Both the position numbers and the translations under genes were made by a program. A DNA stretch of 64,000 bases. It comes from Alphaproteobacteria bacterium. Its GTDB lineage: Bacteria; Pseudomonadota; Alphaproteobacteria; Rs-D84; JAERRO01. The notes under the pieces were generated by a model. The model searched no databases, was not told the DNA's origin, and worked only from the letters and a program-made list of their open reading frames with translations. Below, one piece after another: positions 1 through 8,733 of the stretch. Location of the stretch: assembly GCA_016735395.1 (NCBI GenBank), contig JAERRO010000010.1, positions 138 to 64,137 on the forward strand, read 5' to 3'. Each line of letters starts with the position of its first letter. Positions within the stretch are counted from its first letter, which is position 1.

Positions 1-118
1 ATCATTTTTTATATTAATTTTTAATCCTTTATCTCCTAACCATAAACATGATAAAACAAGCAATATATCTATAATGCTTAATAATATTTTTCGATTATGT
101 ATTAAAAAACATCTCACT

Positions 119-376
119 CTATTCTTCCATCTTTTTAAATATTTCTTTAGGTCCAGATACTGTTGCGGATAAGTCGAATTCATTTTTATCTTTGTCTATA
201 CTTATATTGATTCGTATACTAACTTGTTTTTTCTCACTACCAGATAAAAAATTAACTGTCTTTAATATTTTATCCCTTAAATTTAAAACACTAAATAAAT
301 TTAATTGGTTGTCTATTTTAGAAGATAATTGATTTTCTTTGTACTCAGTATTATTAATAAAATATTTTATATCCAT
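119..376 (-). CDS. Hypothetical 85-aa protein, last gene of the RM gene string
   Basis: ORF from the six-frame track, co-directional with the methyltransferase gene and 9 nt downstream of it. No recognisable motif. Confidence 0.3.
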   Translation of the reverse strand: MDIKYFINNTEYKENQLSSKIDNQLNLFSVLNLRDKILKTVNFLSGSEKKQVSIRINISIDKDKNEFDLSATVSGPKEIFKKMEE

Positions 377-385
377 TTAATTCTC

Positions 386-1192
386 CTATATTTTTTTTAG
401 TAATAGTATATATTCGTGTTTGAAGATATAGTAATCGCTGTTTAATGCTCTATATCTCCATATTGATTTTTGGTTTTGTTTTGCTCTATTTCCTTCCATA
501 TTTTTTACTATTATACTTTTTAATTGTAAACCTTGTTTTTTAGCTTCTTCCATACAATAAAATCCTAATGGTATCCATTCACTATTAGAATATTTATCTC
601 CTATTACTATACTTACGTATTTATCTTTTTCTAATAGATCTACACAGTTTTTTACTACTTTGCCGAAATCTGAAATAAAAGATTCTAATGTCTTTGAATT
701 GGATAAGTCTTTTTCTTCTTTGCTAAACTTTAGGATATCAAAATATGGTGGATGCAAGATAACATGCTGAACTTTTTCTTTATTATATTTTGTTAAATAT
801 TTTTTGATTTGAATAAATATATTTTTATCTACGCTGTCGCCTTGGATACAATAGGCATAATTGTTTTGACTTTCGTTTACCTTACTTACTTTTAACTTAG
901 TTTTTACAAAATCTACCATTTCTTTCTTGATATCTATTCCTATAAAATTTCTTTTTAAAATTTCACACTCATATGCTGTTGTTCCGCTACCCATAAATGC
1001 ATCTAGTACTATATCATCTTGTTTTGTAAATCTCTTAATCATCTGCCTAGGAATTTGAGGAATAAAATTACCATGATATGACCCATTATGTTTTCCAGTA
1101 TTATCCCTACGATCAATTATCCATAAGGAATTTGTTTCAATATCTTCTAACTCTTTCCATTTGTCTAAATTAAAATCATTGAATTTAGGCAT
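386..1192 (-). CDS. DNA methyltransferase (N6-adenine or N4-cytosine class) of a type II restriction-modification system
   Basis: AdoMet-binding motif I 'LDAFMGSGTT' (FxGxG) followed about 80 aa later by the catalytic motif IV 'ILHPPYFD' ((D/N/S/H)PPY). 268 aa. Co-oriented with an HNH nuclease and a small HTH gene. Confidence 0.75.
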   Translation of the reverse strand: MPKFNDFNLDKWKELEDIETNSLWIIDRRDNTGKHNGSYHGNFIPQIPRQMIKRFTKQDDIVLDAFMGSGTTAYECEILKRNFIGIDIKKEMVDFVKTKLKVSKVNESQNNYAYCIQGDSVDKNIFIQIKKYLTKYNKEKVQHVILHPPYFDILKFSKEEKDLSNSKTLESFISDFGKVVKNCVDLLEKDKYVSIVIGDKYSNSEWIPLGFYCMEEAKKQGLQLKSIIVKNMEGNRAKQNQKSIWRYRALNSDYYIFKHEYILLLKKI

Positions 1193-1364
1193 TCTTTTTC
1201 TCTTCTAATAATTTTAGTGGGTTAACTTTTAGAAAATTAGATAATTTTTCTATATTTACTTTTATAGGAGTGTATCTATTTGATAATATATTTGATAATT
1301 GGTTTTTTGAAATACCTAAGGATTTTGCCAACTCTGTATAATTAGATATTTTTCTTTTTGCCAT
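1185..1364 (-). CDS. Small helix-turn-helix (XRE-like) protein, candidate controller (C-protein) of the RM system; 59 aa, absent from the ORF track
   Basis: Hand translation of the minus strand 1364->1185 gives MAKRKISNYTELAKSLGISKNQLSNILSNRYTPIKVNIEKLSNFLKVNPLKLLEEKKNA*. 'TELAKSLGISKNQLSNILSNR' is a classic HTH. Its stop codon (1187..1185) overlaps codons 2-3 of the methyltransferase (ATG at 1192). Confidence 0.5.
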   Translation of the reverse strand: MAKRKISNYTELAKSLGISKNQLSNILSNRYTPIKVNIEKLSNFLKVNPLKLLEEKKNA

Positions 1365-1430
1365 AATCTCTTGTACTTTATATTTATTAATTACTTCCTT
1401 TATTATTATAAGTCAATATATTTGTTAACT

Positions 1431-2114
1431 TTATACAAATGTATTATTAACTTTTTTGCCTATTATTTTCTTTAGTTCTTTCCTCCATTTATATGGATCA
1501 TACCAAAAACAACCTTCGCAACCATTTATATCATTTTTATCTTTACCTTCCCATTGCTTATTACCTTTATACCAATATTCTATTCCTGGAAAATTACCAC
1601 GATCTTCTGTCTTAAAACACTTTTCGCAATTTCTGGATTTTAATAGATTATTACTTCTATTTAAAAGCATAAATTTTTCTTTTAGTTGATCATCTGTATA
1701 ATTATTAAAATTCTCTTCATTTTTACCCCATCTTATTTGTGGAAATTTATGATCTATTTCTAGCTCTCTATCACTTAATGTTCTAAGAAATATACATTCT
1801 TCATTTTTGTATAATTTTTTTATTTTTTTAGATGTTTTTGTTGAAATATTAAATCTTGCCTTTGTTTGTTCTATTATTTTTAATGATTTTAGTTTTCTAT
1901 GAATAGTTTTTTTGTCACAGTTAGAACAAAATATATTATTATACAAGTTACCTTTTTTATCTTTATCTAGTTGAATACCCTTTTCTTGTCTCCAAACTTG
2001 CCATGTTTTAGCCTGTCCTGACTTTAATTCACATTTAGTGCAATGCCATTTTAAATCTGTCATAACTTTAAAATCTATATAGCTAGTTGTATCTTTTTTG
2101 AAAGGGTTGTTCAT
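1431..2114 (-). CDS. Putative HNH-family restriction endonuclease with flanking Cys4 zinc ribbons
   Basis: 'RELEIDHKFPQIRW...NYTDDQLKEKFMLLNRSNNLLKSRNCEKC' matches the HNH pattern (DH...N...N). There are N-terminal CxxC...CxxC and C-terminal CxxC...CxxC clusters. It sits immediately upstream of the HTH and methyltransferase genes on the same strand. Confidence 0.5.
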   Translation of the reverse strand: MNNPFKKDTTSYIDFKVMTDLKWHCTKCELKSGQAKTWQVWRQEKGIQLDKDKKGNLYNNIFCSNCDKKTIHRKLKSLKIIEQTKARFNISTKTSKKIKKLYKNEECIFLRTLSDRELEIDHKFPQIRWGKNEENFNNYTDDQLKEKFMLLNRSNNLLKSRNCEKCFKTEDRGNFPGIEYWYKGNKQWEGKDKNDINGCEGCFWYDPYKWRKELKKIIGKKVNNTFV

Positions 2115-2212
2115 TATAATTTACCTTTATTGTTTATTTTTCTTAGCTCTTCTTTTCTTTATAAAGTAAGTATATAAATAATTGTTTTTTTAATCAATGT
2201 TTTTTAATTTTG

Positions 2213-2734
2213 TTAATCTATAGTTTTTTCTTGATTTTTTTTGTGTTGTTCTACTTTTATGCCGACTTTTCGTAAAAAGTTGACTCCCGAAAGGTCTCTG
2301 TAAGCATCCATAAAAACTACTTTTGTGATACCCGATTGTATTATAAGTTTAGCACACACTATACAAGGAGATAGTGTAACATACATCGTAGTGCCGTCAG
2401 TTCTAATGCCTTCTTTTGCAGCAAATGTAATCAGATTTTGTTCTGCATGTACAACATATTGATTAGTGATGATGCCTTCTCCACCGCACTCTTTACAAGT
2501 ATTATCTATATTAGGTGAGGTTTTACTAGCCTCCAATGTACTGCCAATTTTACCGCCATTACACTCCGGACATTCCATCTCACAACAATCAGGCTGACCC
2601 GAAATAGTGCCGTTTCGACCTTCGCAAATTACTCTGGAATCTCTCACCAATACCGCACCAACCTTGTGTCTTATACAATGACTCATACTACCCGCAAGTT
2701 TGGCATGTGCCATATAATATTCTTCCTTATCCAT
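2213..2734 (-). CDS. dCMP deaminase (ComEB/deoxycytidylate deaminase family)
   Basis: 'HAEQNLI' zinc/catalytic motif and 'SPCIVCAKLIIQSGITKVVF' (PCxxC). A Cys-rich segment before HAE ('CCEMECPECNGG...CKECGGEG') is consistent with the second, structural zinc site of dCMP deaminases. Confidence 0.7.
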   Translation of the reverse strand: MDKEEYYMAHAKLAGSMSHCIRHKVGAVLVRDSRVICEGRNGTISGQPDCCEMECPECNGGKIGSTLEASKTSPNIDNTCKECGGEGIITNQYVVHAEQNLITFAAKEGIRTDGTTMYVTLSPCIVCAKLIIQSGITKVVFMDAYRDLSGVNFLRKVGIKVEQHKKNQEKTID

Positions 2735-2896
2735 TTTTTGCCTTTTTTATAGTTTTAAGTATACAATCATATAAATGATTATCTCCTAAATCAATAGCAC
2801 TTAATTTTTATGAAATTTTAACCCCACATACTTCTATATAAATATGTAAATATGTCGTTGATTTTTATTTTATTTGTAGTAATATAAACTTATTGT

Positions 2897-2972
2897 TCGG
2901 GTATAGCTCAGTTGGTAGAGCAATTGACTGTTAATCAATTTGTCGCAGGTTCGAGTCCTGCTACCCGAGCCA
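2897..2972 (+). tRNA. tRNA-Asn (anticodon GTT)
   Basis: Hand-folded cloverleaf. Acceptor TCGGGTA/TACCCGA. D-arm GCTC-AGTTGGTA-GAGC. Anticodon stem ATTGA/TCAAT with loop CTGTTAA (anticodon GTT). T-arm GCAGG-TTCGAGT-CCTGC. Discriminator G plus encoded CCA. Confidence 0.85.
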
Positions 2973-3004
2973 GTTTTTTGTGTTTTAGATTAAATGGGGT
3001 AAAG

Positions 3005-3214
3005 ATGGTGTTATCATGGAATGAGATTAAATCAAGGGCTGTGACTTTTCAAAATGAATGGAAAGATGAAAAGCGGGAGCGTGGAGAGAATTTAAATTAT
3101 ATCATAGATAGATTTTGGTGTGGAGGACACTGCTATGCTTTACTAGATATAAAAGAGTGCTTGGACTTTTTGTTTCAGATTTTGAAACGAAATCAAAAAA
3201 ATATTAGTAGATGA
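3005..3214 (+). pseudogene. Possible N-terminal remnant of an MmeI/PglX-type (type IIG/IIL RM or BREX) methyltransferase gene
   Basis: 'MVLSWNEIKSRAVTFQNEWKDEKRERGENLNYIIDRFW' resembles the conserved N-terminus of MmeI/PglX-family enzymes ('LSWNEIR.RA..F..EW.....E.AEAQ.FW..FF'). It is truncated after about 70 aa. This rests on recalled similarity only. The larger ORF 2912..3214 begins inside the tRNA and is an artefact at its 5' end. Confidence 0.25.
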
Positions 3215-3374
3215 TAAATCTCTCCCTATATTAGAACGAAGAAGCTTGCTGAACAAAATTATTGATTCTTTGAACCTGTTCATAGCAAGATTTACCTGAA
3301 GTTTGCTATAACAATATTTTGCTTTTTGACATATGATATGATATCATATACTAATACTTTTAAGGAGTGAAAAA

Positions 3375-5447
3375 ATGAAAGCACAAGAACAAACTTTAAT
3401 CGGGTTTTTACAGGCAAAACAACAATTTGTTATTCCTATTTATCAAAGAAAATATAGCTGGAAAAAAGCTCAATGTGAAAAACTGTGGGAGGATATAAAA
3501 AATTTATCTTCTAATAAAAACATAGAAAGACATTTCGTCGGCTCAATCGTTAGGATTAAAAAAAATCTAGACTCCGCAGAAATTTCTCAACAGACTATCA
3601 TTGACGGACAACAACGGATAACCACAATTATATTGTTAATAGCAGCTATAATTCAAAAAGTAGAAAGTGAAGATCGAAAAGAAGATCTGATCACAACTTA
3701 TCTAATTAATAAGTACGGAAAAGAAGAATTAAAATATAAACTGATTCTGACAAAAGAAGATAAAGAGTCGTTAAAAAATATTATCGATAATATCACTAAC
3801 TCTAAACTAGAATCAACTGCTATCAAAACTAACTTCGAATTCTTTAAAGAAAAAATGAAAAACGAAGATTTCGAAAATATATTAGGGGGAATCTCAAAAC
3901 TAATAATCGTCGATGTATCTCTTGATCAAGCACTAGATAATCCGCAACTAATTTTCGAAAGTTTAAACTCAACAGGGTTAGGATTATCACAAGCTGATTT
4001 GATTAGGAACTATATTTTAATGGGGCTTGACCATAAAAAACAAGAGGAAATATATAATAAATACTGGTCAGTTATGGAAAAAGATTTCGGGGAATACTAT
4101 ACTAAAGAATTTGATGTGTTCGTGCGGGATTATTTAACCCTGAAAAGTGAGTCTAATCAAATTCCTAACATTAAAAATGTGTATGAAACATTTAAACAAT
4201 ATTTTATTAAAAATGGTGGCATCTCAAATATAGAAAGTATAATGGATAATATTTTTAAGTATTCACAATATTATGTTAAAATTAAACTGGGACAAGAAGA
4301 GAATAAAAAATTTAAAAAAGCTTTCGCAGACTTGAAAACATTGAATATTTCTGTCGTAATTCCTTTTTTACTTGAAGTTTATAATGATTATGAAAACTCT
4401 ATTATTGATGAAGAAGAATTTTTAGAAATTCTGTCTATTATTCAAAGCTATGTAGTTAGAAGATCCGTTTGTGGATTGGTAACTAATTCTCTAAATAAAA
4501 CCTTTGCAACTCTATATAAAAAAATTGATAAGGGAGACTATATAAATAGTTTAAAAATCGCTTTTGCTTTTATGAAAAGTTATAAAAGATTTCCTGATAA
4601 TGACGAATTTAAGTCAGAAATAATAAAAAACGATATATATCATACAAACAATTGTGGGTTTTTATTAAGTAGTATTGAAAATTATAATAGGAAAGAAATC
4701 GTTAATTTTATGGGTGATGATTATACAATAGAACATATTTTGCCTCAAAATTCTACACTGTCTGAAGAATGGAAAGAAATGTTAGGCCCCGATTGGGAAG
4801 TAGTCCACGATAAGTATTTACATACTCTAGGAAATTTGACTCTGACTAGGTATAATTCTGAATATAGCGATAAGCCATTTTCTCAAAAGAAAACTATGAC
4901 CGGTGGATTTGATAGCAGTCCATTGAATCTTAATGAAAGTGTTAGAGGGTACAATGTTTGGAACAAATCTTCAATTATAGAAAGGGCAGAAAATCTTTTT
5001 GAAACTATTGTGAAAATATGGGGTAATATTACAATATCAAAAGAGATATTAGAAAAGTATAAGGTTAAAACAGAGCCCAAAATAACATATACTATTGATG
5101 ATCATCCATATCTTTCAGATGGTGAAATGTCTGAGCTTTTTGAAACTCTTAGAAGAAGAATAAAAAATATTAATACCTCTGTTAGTGAAAGTTTTACAAA
5201 GTTATATATCGCTTATAAAGTCGATAATAATTTTGTTTGTATAATTCCTGCAAAAAGCCAATTAAAACTTTATTTAAACTTGGATATTGTCGATATATCT
5301 GATCCTAAAGGACTTTGTAGTGATGTGACTGATAAAGGGCATTGGGGGACTGGTAATACAGAAGTCGTCTTGTCTTCAACTGAACAATTGGACGATGCTA
5401 TGGAACTTATAAAACAATCTTTTGAGAATAATTCTACTGAAGATTAA
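3375..5447 (+). CDS. GmrSD-like type IV (modification-dependent) restriction endonuclease: DUF262 (ParB-like NTPase) plus DUF1524 (His-Me finger) with a C-terminal extension
   Basis: N-terminal 'QRKYSW...IIDGQQRITT' (DGQQR motif of DUF262). 'DYTIEHILPQN' is the H..P..N His-Me/HNH-like motif of DUF1524. 690 aa. There is a putative SD 'aaggagtg' 6 nt before the ATG. Confidence 0.75.
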   Translation: MKAQEQTLIGFLQAKQQFVIPIYQRKYSWKKAQCEKLWEDIKNLSSNKNIERHFVGSIVRIKKNLDSAEISQQTIIDGQQRITTIILLIAAIIQKVESEDRKEDLITTYLINKYGKEELKYKLILTKEDKESLKNIIDNITNSKLESTAIKTNFEFFKEKMKNEDFENILGGISKLIIVDVSLDQALDNPQLIFESLNSTGLGLSQADLIRNYILMGLDHKKQEEIYNKYWSVMEKDFGEYYTKEFDVFVRDYLTLKSESNQIPNIKNVYETFKQYFIKNGGISNIESIMDNIFKYSQYYVKIKLGQEENKKFKKAFADLKTLNISVVIPFLLEVYNDYENSIIDEEEFLEILSIIQSYVVRRSVCGLVTNSLNKTFATLYKKIDKGDYINSLKIAFAFMKSYKRFPDNDEFKSEIIKNDIYHTNNCGFLLSSIENYNRKEIVNFMGDDYTIEHILPQNSTLSEEWKEMLGPDWEVVHDKYLHTLGNLTLTRYNSEYSDKPFSQKKTMTGGFDSSPLNLNESVRGYNVWNKSSIIERAENLFETIVKIWGNITISKEILEKYKVKTEPKITYTIDDHPYLSDGEMSELFETLRRRIKNINTSVSESFTKLYIAYKVDNNFVCIIPAKSQLKLYLNLDIVDISDPKGLCSDVTDKGHWGTGNTEVVLSSTEQLDDAMELIKQSFENNSTED

Positions 5448-5599
5448 GCCGTCGACTCTACAATCTAGATTTTAAAATTTTTAACAAAATCGTTAAAAAA
5501 CTTTTTGTATACGGTGTTTTTTATATCTTTTTGTCTTATCCTTATATATAATTGATATATACCTAGAGTTGTGTTATAATTTGATATCGTTTCTAGTTT

Positions 5600-6736
5600 A
5601 TGATAGCCATTATGTCTAGACATTCTATAGTTTATTTTCAAGGACACTTTTTGTTAGAAATTCTATTTATAATTTTCTCTATCTTACTACTACTGGTCAG
5701 TGCAAATTCGCTGATTTACGGGACCATAAAATTAAGTCAATTCTTGAGAATATCTCCTATATGGACTGCCGTTTCTATCGTAGCATTAGGGACATCTATA
5801 CCCGAAATAGTCATCGGTGTCTCCGCCATAGATAAAGGACTTTACGATGCCTCCGTCAGTGTAGTTCTAGGAAGTAATATCACAAATATTCTGCTAATCA
5901 TAGGTTTGTCAGCCCTGATTTTTCCGTTCAAAATTCCTAGAAAAGAGATTTTTAGAGGAGAAGAATTTGTCGGTAGAAAACAAAAATTTGTTAAAAAGAT
6001 TAACCCTCCGCTTTTTCTAGAAGAAAAAAGGTTCTCTAATTTTGTCAATTTTAATAAAATTAACTCTTTCCTTTATAAAATATTTAAAGGAAAACTCTCT
6101 AGCATTTACATAATTTTGATAACTGCAACGATTACATATTCTCTCTTTTTATTCCATAATAATTTGTCTGTAAGTGCAGGCACAATTTTACTAGTTATAA
6201 TGGGATTTTTTGTATTTTCTACCCTCAATACAATTCAGATCAAAAAGCAAAAACTAAAAAAAGATCCCGTCAAAGATAAGAATAAAACTCTATTATTCTC
6301 AAAGATTAGTTTCAGTATCATCTTCGGATCTATAGGACTATATCTCGGAGGAGAAATTCTAATTCATTCTATTTTAAGGTTAGCAGAAATTTTACAAATC
6401 GCCGAGAGTACCATGATCATATCCGTCGTCGCCATAGGTAGTTCTTTTCCCGAACTATTTTTAGCCTTTAGATCCGTGGCAAAAGGATTCTCTTCCGTCA
6501 TGCTAGGTGCAATTTTAGGAACTAACATAATAAATATCCTCGTTGTAGGAAGTATTACCGCATGGAAAAATATAAATGTAATCTCCGACAAAGTCTCAGT
6601 CGAGTATAATCTATGGATGATCTTTTCTACGGTGTTTATAGGTATCTTGCTTTTCGTTAGACAAAAATTTGGACGAATCGAAGGACTGATTTTATGTTCC
6701 TTATATATTATTTTCTTAACTCGCGCTTTTGTATAA
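5600..6736 (+). CDS. Ca2+/cation antiporter (CaCA/YrbG family) membrane protein
   Basis: Two alpha-repeat signatures, 'ALGTSIPEIVIG' and 'AIGSSFPELFLA', in a multi-TM protein. A long Lys-rich cytoplasmic loop separates the halves. The true start may be an internal Met. Confidence 0.6.
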   Translation: MIAIMSRHSIVYFQGHFLLEILFIIFSILLLLVSANSLIYGTIKLSQFLRISPIWTAVSIVALGTSIPEIVIGVSAIDKGLYDASVSVVLGSNITNILLIIGLSALIFPFKIPRKEIFRGEEFVGRKQKFVKKINPPLFLEEKRFSNFVNFNKINSFLYKIFKGKLSSIYIILITATITYSLFLFHNNLSVSAGTILLVIMGFFVFSTLNTIQIKKQKLKKDPVKDKNKTLLFSKISFSIIFGSIGLYLGGEILIHSILRLAEILQIAESTMIISVVAIGSSFPELFLAFRSVAKGFSSVMLGAILGTNIINILVVGSITAWKNINVISDKVSVEYNLWMIFSTVFIGILLFVRQKFGRIEGLILCSLYIIFLTRAFV

Positions 6737-6774
6737 ATTTGCTTTAAACCTATTTTTCGATTATTATATATAGT

Positions 6775-8070
6775 ATGAAAAGATCTAATTATTTTATAAA
6801 AACATATTTCGACGATCCAGTCGATGAGGTTTCTAAAAATGCAAAACTATTACATAGAGCAGGATTTACAAATAGATTGATGTCAGGAGTCTATTCCTTT
6901 TTACCTTTGGGAGTTAAAGTCCTGTGTAAAATAGAAAATATTGTTCGTAAAGAAATGAATAATCTAGGGGCACAAGAATGTCTGCTTCCAGCTTTGCAAC
7001 CACGACAAATTTGGGATCGGACTAACCGTTGGGAAGAAATGGACGATATACTTTTTAAATTTAAAGGAGCCGGCGATAGAGAATTAACACTAGGACCGAC
7101 ACACGAAGAAGTCGTCACCTCCGTCATCGCCGATATAATTCAATCTCATAAAGATTTGCCTGTTTTAATGTATCAAATTCAAACGAAATTTAGAAATGAA
7201 ACTAGAGCCAAATCAGGTATTTTAAGGGGGCGAGAGTTTAAGATGAAAGATCTATATTCTTTTCACTCTTCTCAAGATGAACTTGACAAGTTCTATAAAA
7301 AAGTCGTCGTGGCATATAAAAATATCTTTGATGAAATTGGGATAGGAAAATCGACATTTTTAACCGTCGCAGACGGAGGAGCCTTCTCTAAAGTTTCTCA
7401 CGAATTTCAAACCGTCACACCCGCAGGAGAAGATAAAATCTATAAAGACGAAAACTCCGGTATCGCTATCAATGAAGAAATTATTGACAACGAAGAAGTA
7501 CTAAAAGAATTTATACCGCACTATAAAATTGGAGATAATAAAAAATATAAATCTGTCAATGCTACCGAAGTCGGAAACATATTTAAACTTTCTACTAAAT
7601 TTTCTAAACCTCTAAAAGGAACTTTCAAAGCTGAAGATGGACAAGAGAAAAACGTTATTATGGGTTGCTATGGAATAGGTATTTCACGATTGATGGGAAC
7701 CGTCGTAGAATGTCTTGCGGACAAAAAAGGGCTGAATTGGCCGTTAAATATTGCTCCGTTTCACATTTATCTGATAGGAATCAATGCCGATGACACCACA
7801 AAAGAAATTTACAACAACCTCATTTCAAATGGAATAGAAGTACTACTTGATGATAGAACCGTCTCTATAGGAAATAAACTTAACGAAGCAGAATTGCTAG
7901 GATTGCCGTTTAGAGTTGTCGTTAGTGAAAAAACTTTGGCAAGAGGAAAGTCCTTCGTAGAAGTGCAAACTAGAGACGATATGAAAATAGAAATTATAGA
8001 AGTAAACACACTAATTAAAAATATAAAAAATAAATTAACTAATGATGAAGGAGATCGTTATGAACTTTAA
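6775..8070 (+). CDS. proS: Prolyl-tRNA synthetase (short form without editing domain)
   Basis: Class II aaRS motifs ('FRNETRAKSGILRGREFKMKDLYSF'), the ProRS-typical 'GCYGIGISR', and a C-terminal anticodon-binding region. 431 aa. Confidence 0.85.
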   Translation: MKRSNYFIKTYFDDPVDEVSKNAKLLHRAGFTNRLMSGVYSFLPLGVKVLCKIENIVRKEMNNLGAQECLLPALQPRQIWDRTNRWEEMDDILFKFKGAGDRELTLGPTHEEVVTSVIADIIQSHKDLPVLMYQIQTKFRNETRAKSGILRGREFKMKDLYSFHSSQDELDKFYKKVVVAYKNIFDEIGIGKSTFLTVADGGAFSKVSHEFQTVTPAGEDKIYKDENSGIAINEEIIDNEEVLKEFIPHYKIGDNKKYKSVNATEVGNIFKLSTKFSKPLKGTFKAEDGQEKNVIMGCYGIGISRLMGTVVECLADKKGLNWPLNIAPFHIYLIGINADDTTKEIYNNLISNGIEVLLDDRTVSIGNKLNEAELLGLPFRVVVSEKTLARGKSFVEVQTRDDMKIEIIEVNTLIKNIKNKLTNDEGDRYEL

Positions 8071-8293
8071 ATGCCCGCTTATGGCAACACTAAAATTTTC
8101 TATTTTAATAGGATGTCTAAATTCTGCCTCTATAGGATTTTTTAACCTCAACTTTCTAAATGTGATTTTTAGAGACGGGGCCATAGGAACTTTTTTCTAT
8201 CTAATGATTTTAGGTGCAGGTCTATATACGGCTAAAGAAATGTACCGCGGGATAAGTAAATGGATCGCTGACAAAAAATGTCCGCTTGCATAA
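8042..8293 (+). CDS. Small hydrophobic hypothetical protein
   Basis: ORF with two predicted TM segments. It overlaps the proS 3' end, so the real start is probably Met-7 (8060). Confidence 0.25.
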   Translation: MMKEIVMNFKCPLMATLKFSILIGCLNSASIGFFNLNFLNVIFRDGAIGTFFYLMILGAGLYTAKEMYRGISKWIADKKCPLA

Positions 8294-8733
8294 TGAATGG
8301 TAATTACTTAAAAGTTATTTTTATCCTTTTTTTAACTTCTAGTTGTGGCATCTCTATGCAAGACAATATTCTGATGCCAATAGAAAAGAGAATTGACAAC
8401 AAAACCTATCATATAAAAAGTCTGCATAAATCTGTAGATGACGGTATCATAGAGATGACAGACAGAAAACCGCTCTCAATAATCAGAGGAGTGCAATTTG
8501 AGAGATCTGAAATTTTAGAAAAACAGATGTCGACGGCCGTAAATAAATGGAAAAAAACAGGACAAAAAAATGTCCATTTAGTCGTCTATCATACCGGTGT
8601 CTTTTCTACTATGTGGACGGATTTCGTAACAGAAAAATTTGAAGCCGTCGGCGGAACGGTCATAGTAGATTATAGATCTTCTAAATATTCTACGGCAGAA
8701 ACTATAATAGAAATTTACGACGAAATAGAATGA
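8278..8733 (+). CDS. Hypothetical lipoprotein
   Basis: Signal peptide with a lipobox-like 'FLTSSCG'. No other motif. Confidence 0.35.
   Translation: MSACIMNGNYLKVIFILFLTSSCGISMQDNILMPIEKRIDNKTYHIKSLHKSVDDGIIEMTDRKPLSIIRGVQFERSEILEKQMSTAVNKWKKTGQKNVHLVVYHTGVFSTMWTDFVTEKFEAVGGTVIVDYRSSKYSTAETIIEIYDEIE

Noticed and set aside
1456-1689. 77-aa plus-strand ORF inside the HNH nuclease gene
   Set aside because: It overlaps a longer ORF with clear HNH and zinc-ribbon motifs and has no motif of its own.
2912-3214. 100-aa ORF starting inside tRNA-Asn
   Set aside because: Its first ~30 codons are the tRNA itself read in frame ('VAGSSPATRA' comes from the T-arm and acceptor). Only the portion from 3005 onward was kept, as a possible gene remnant.
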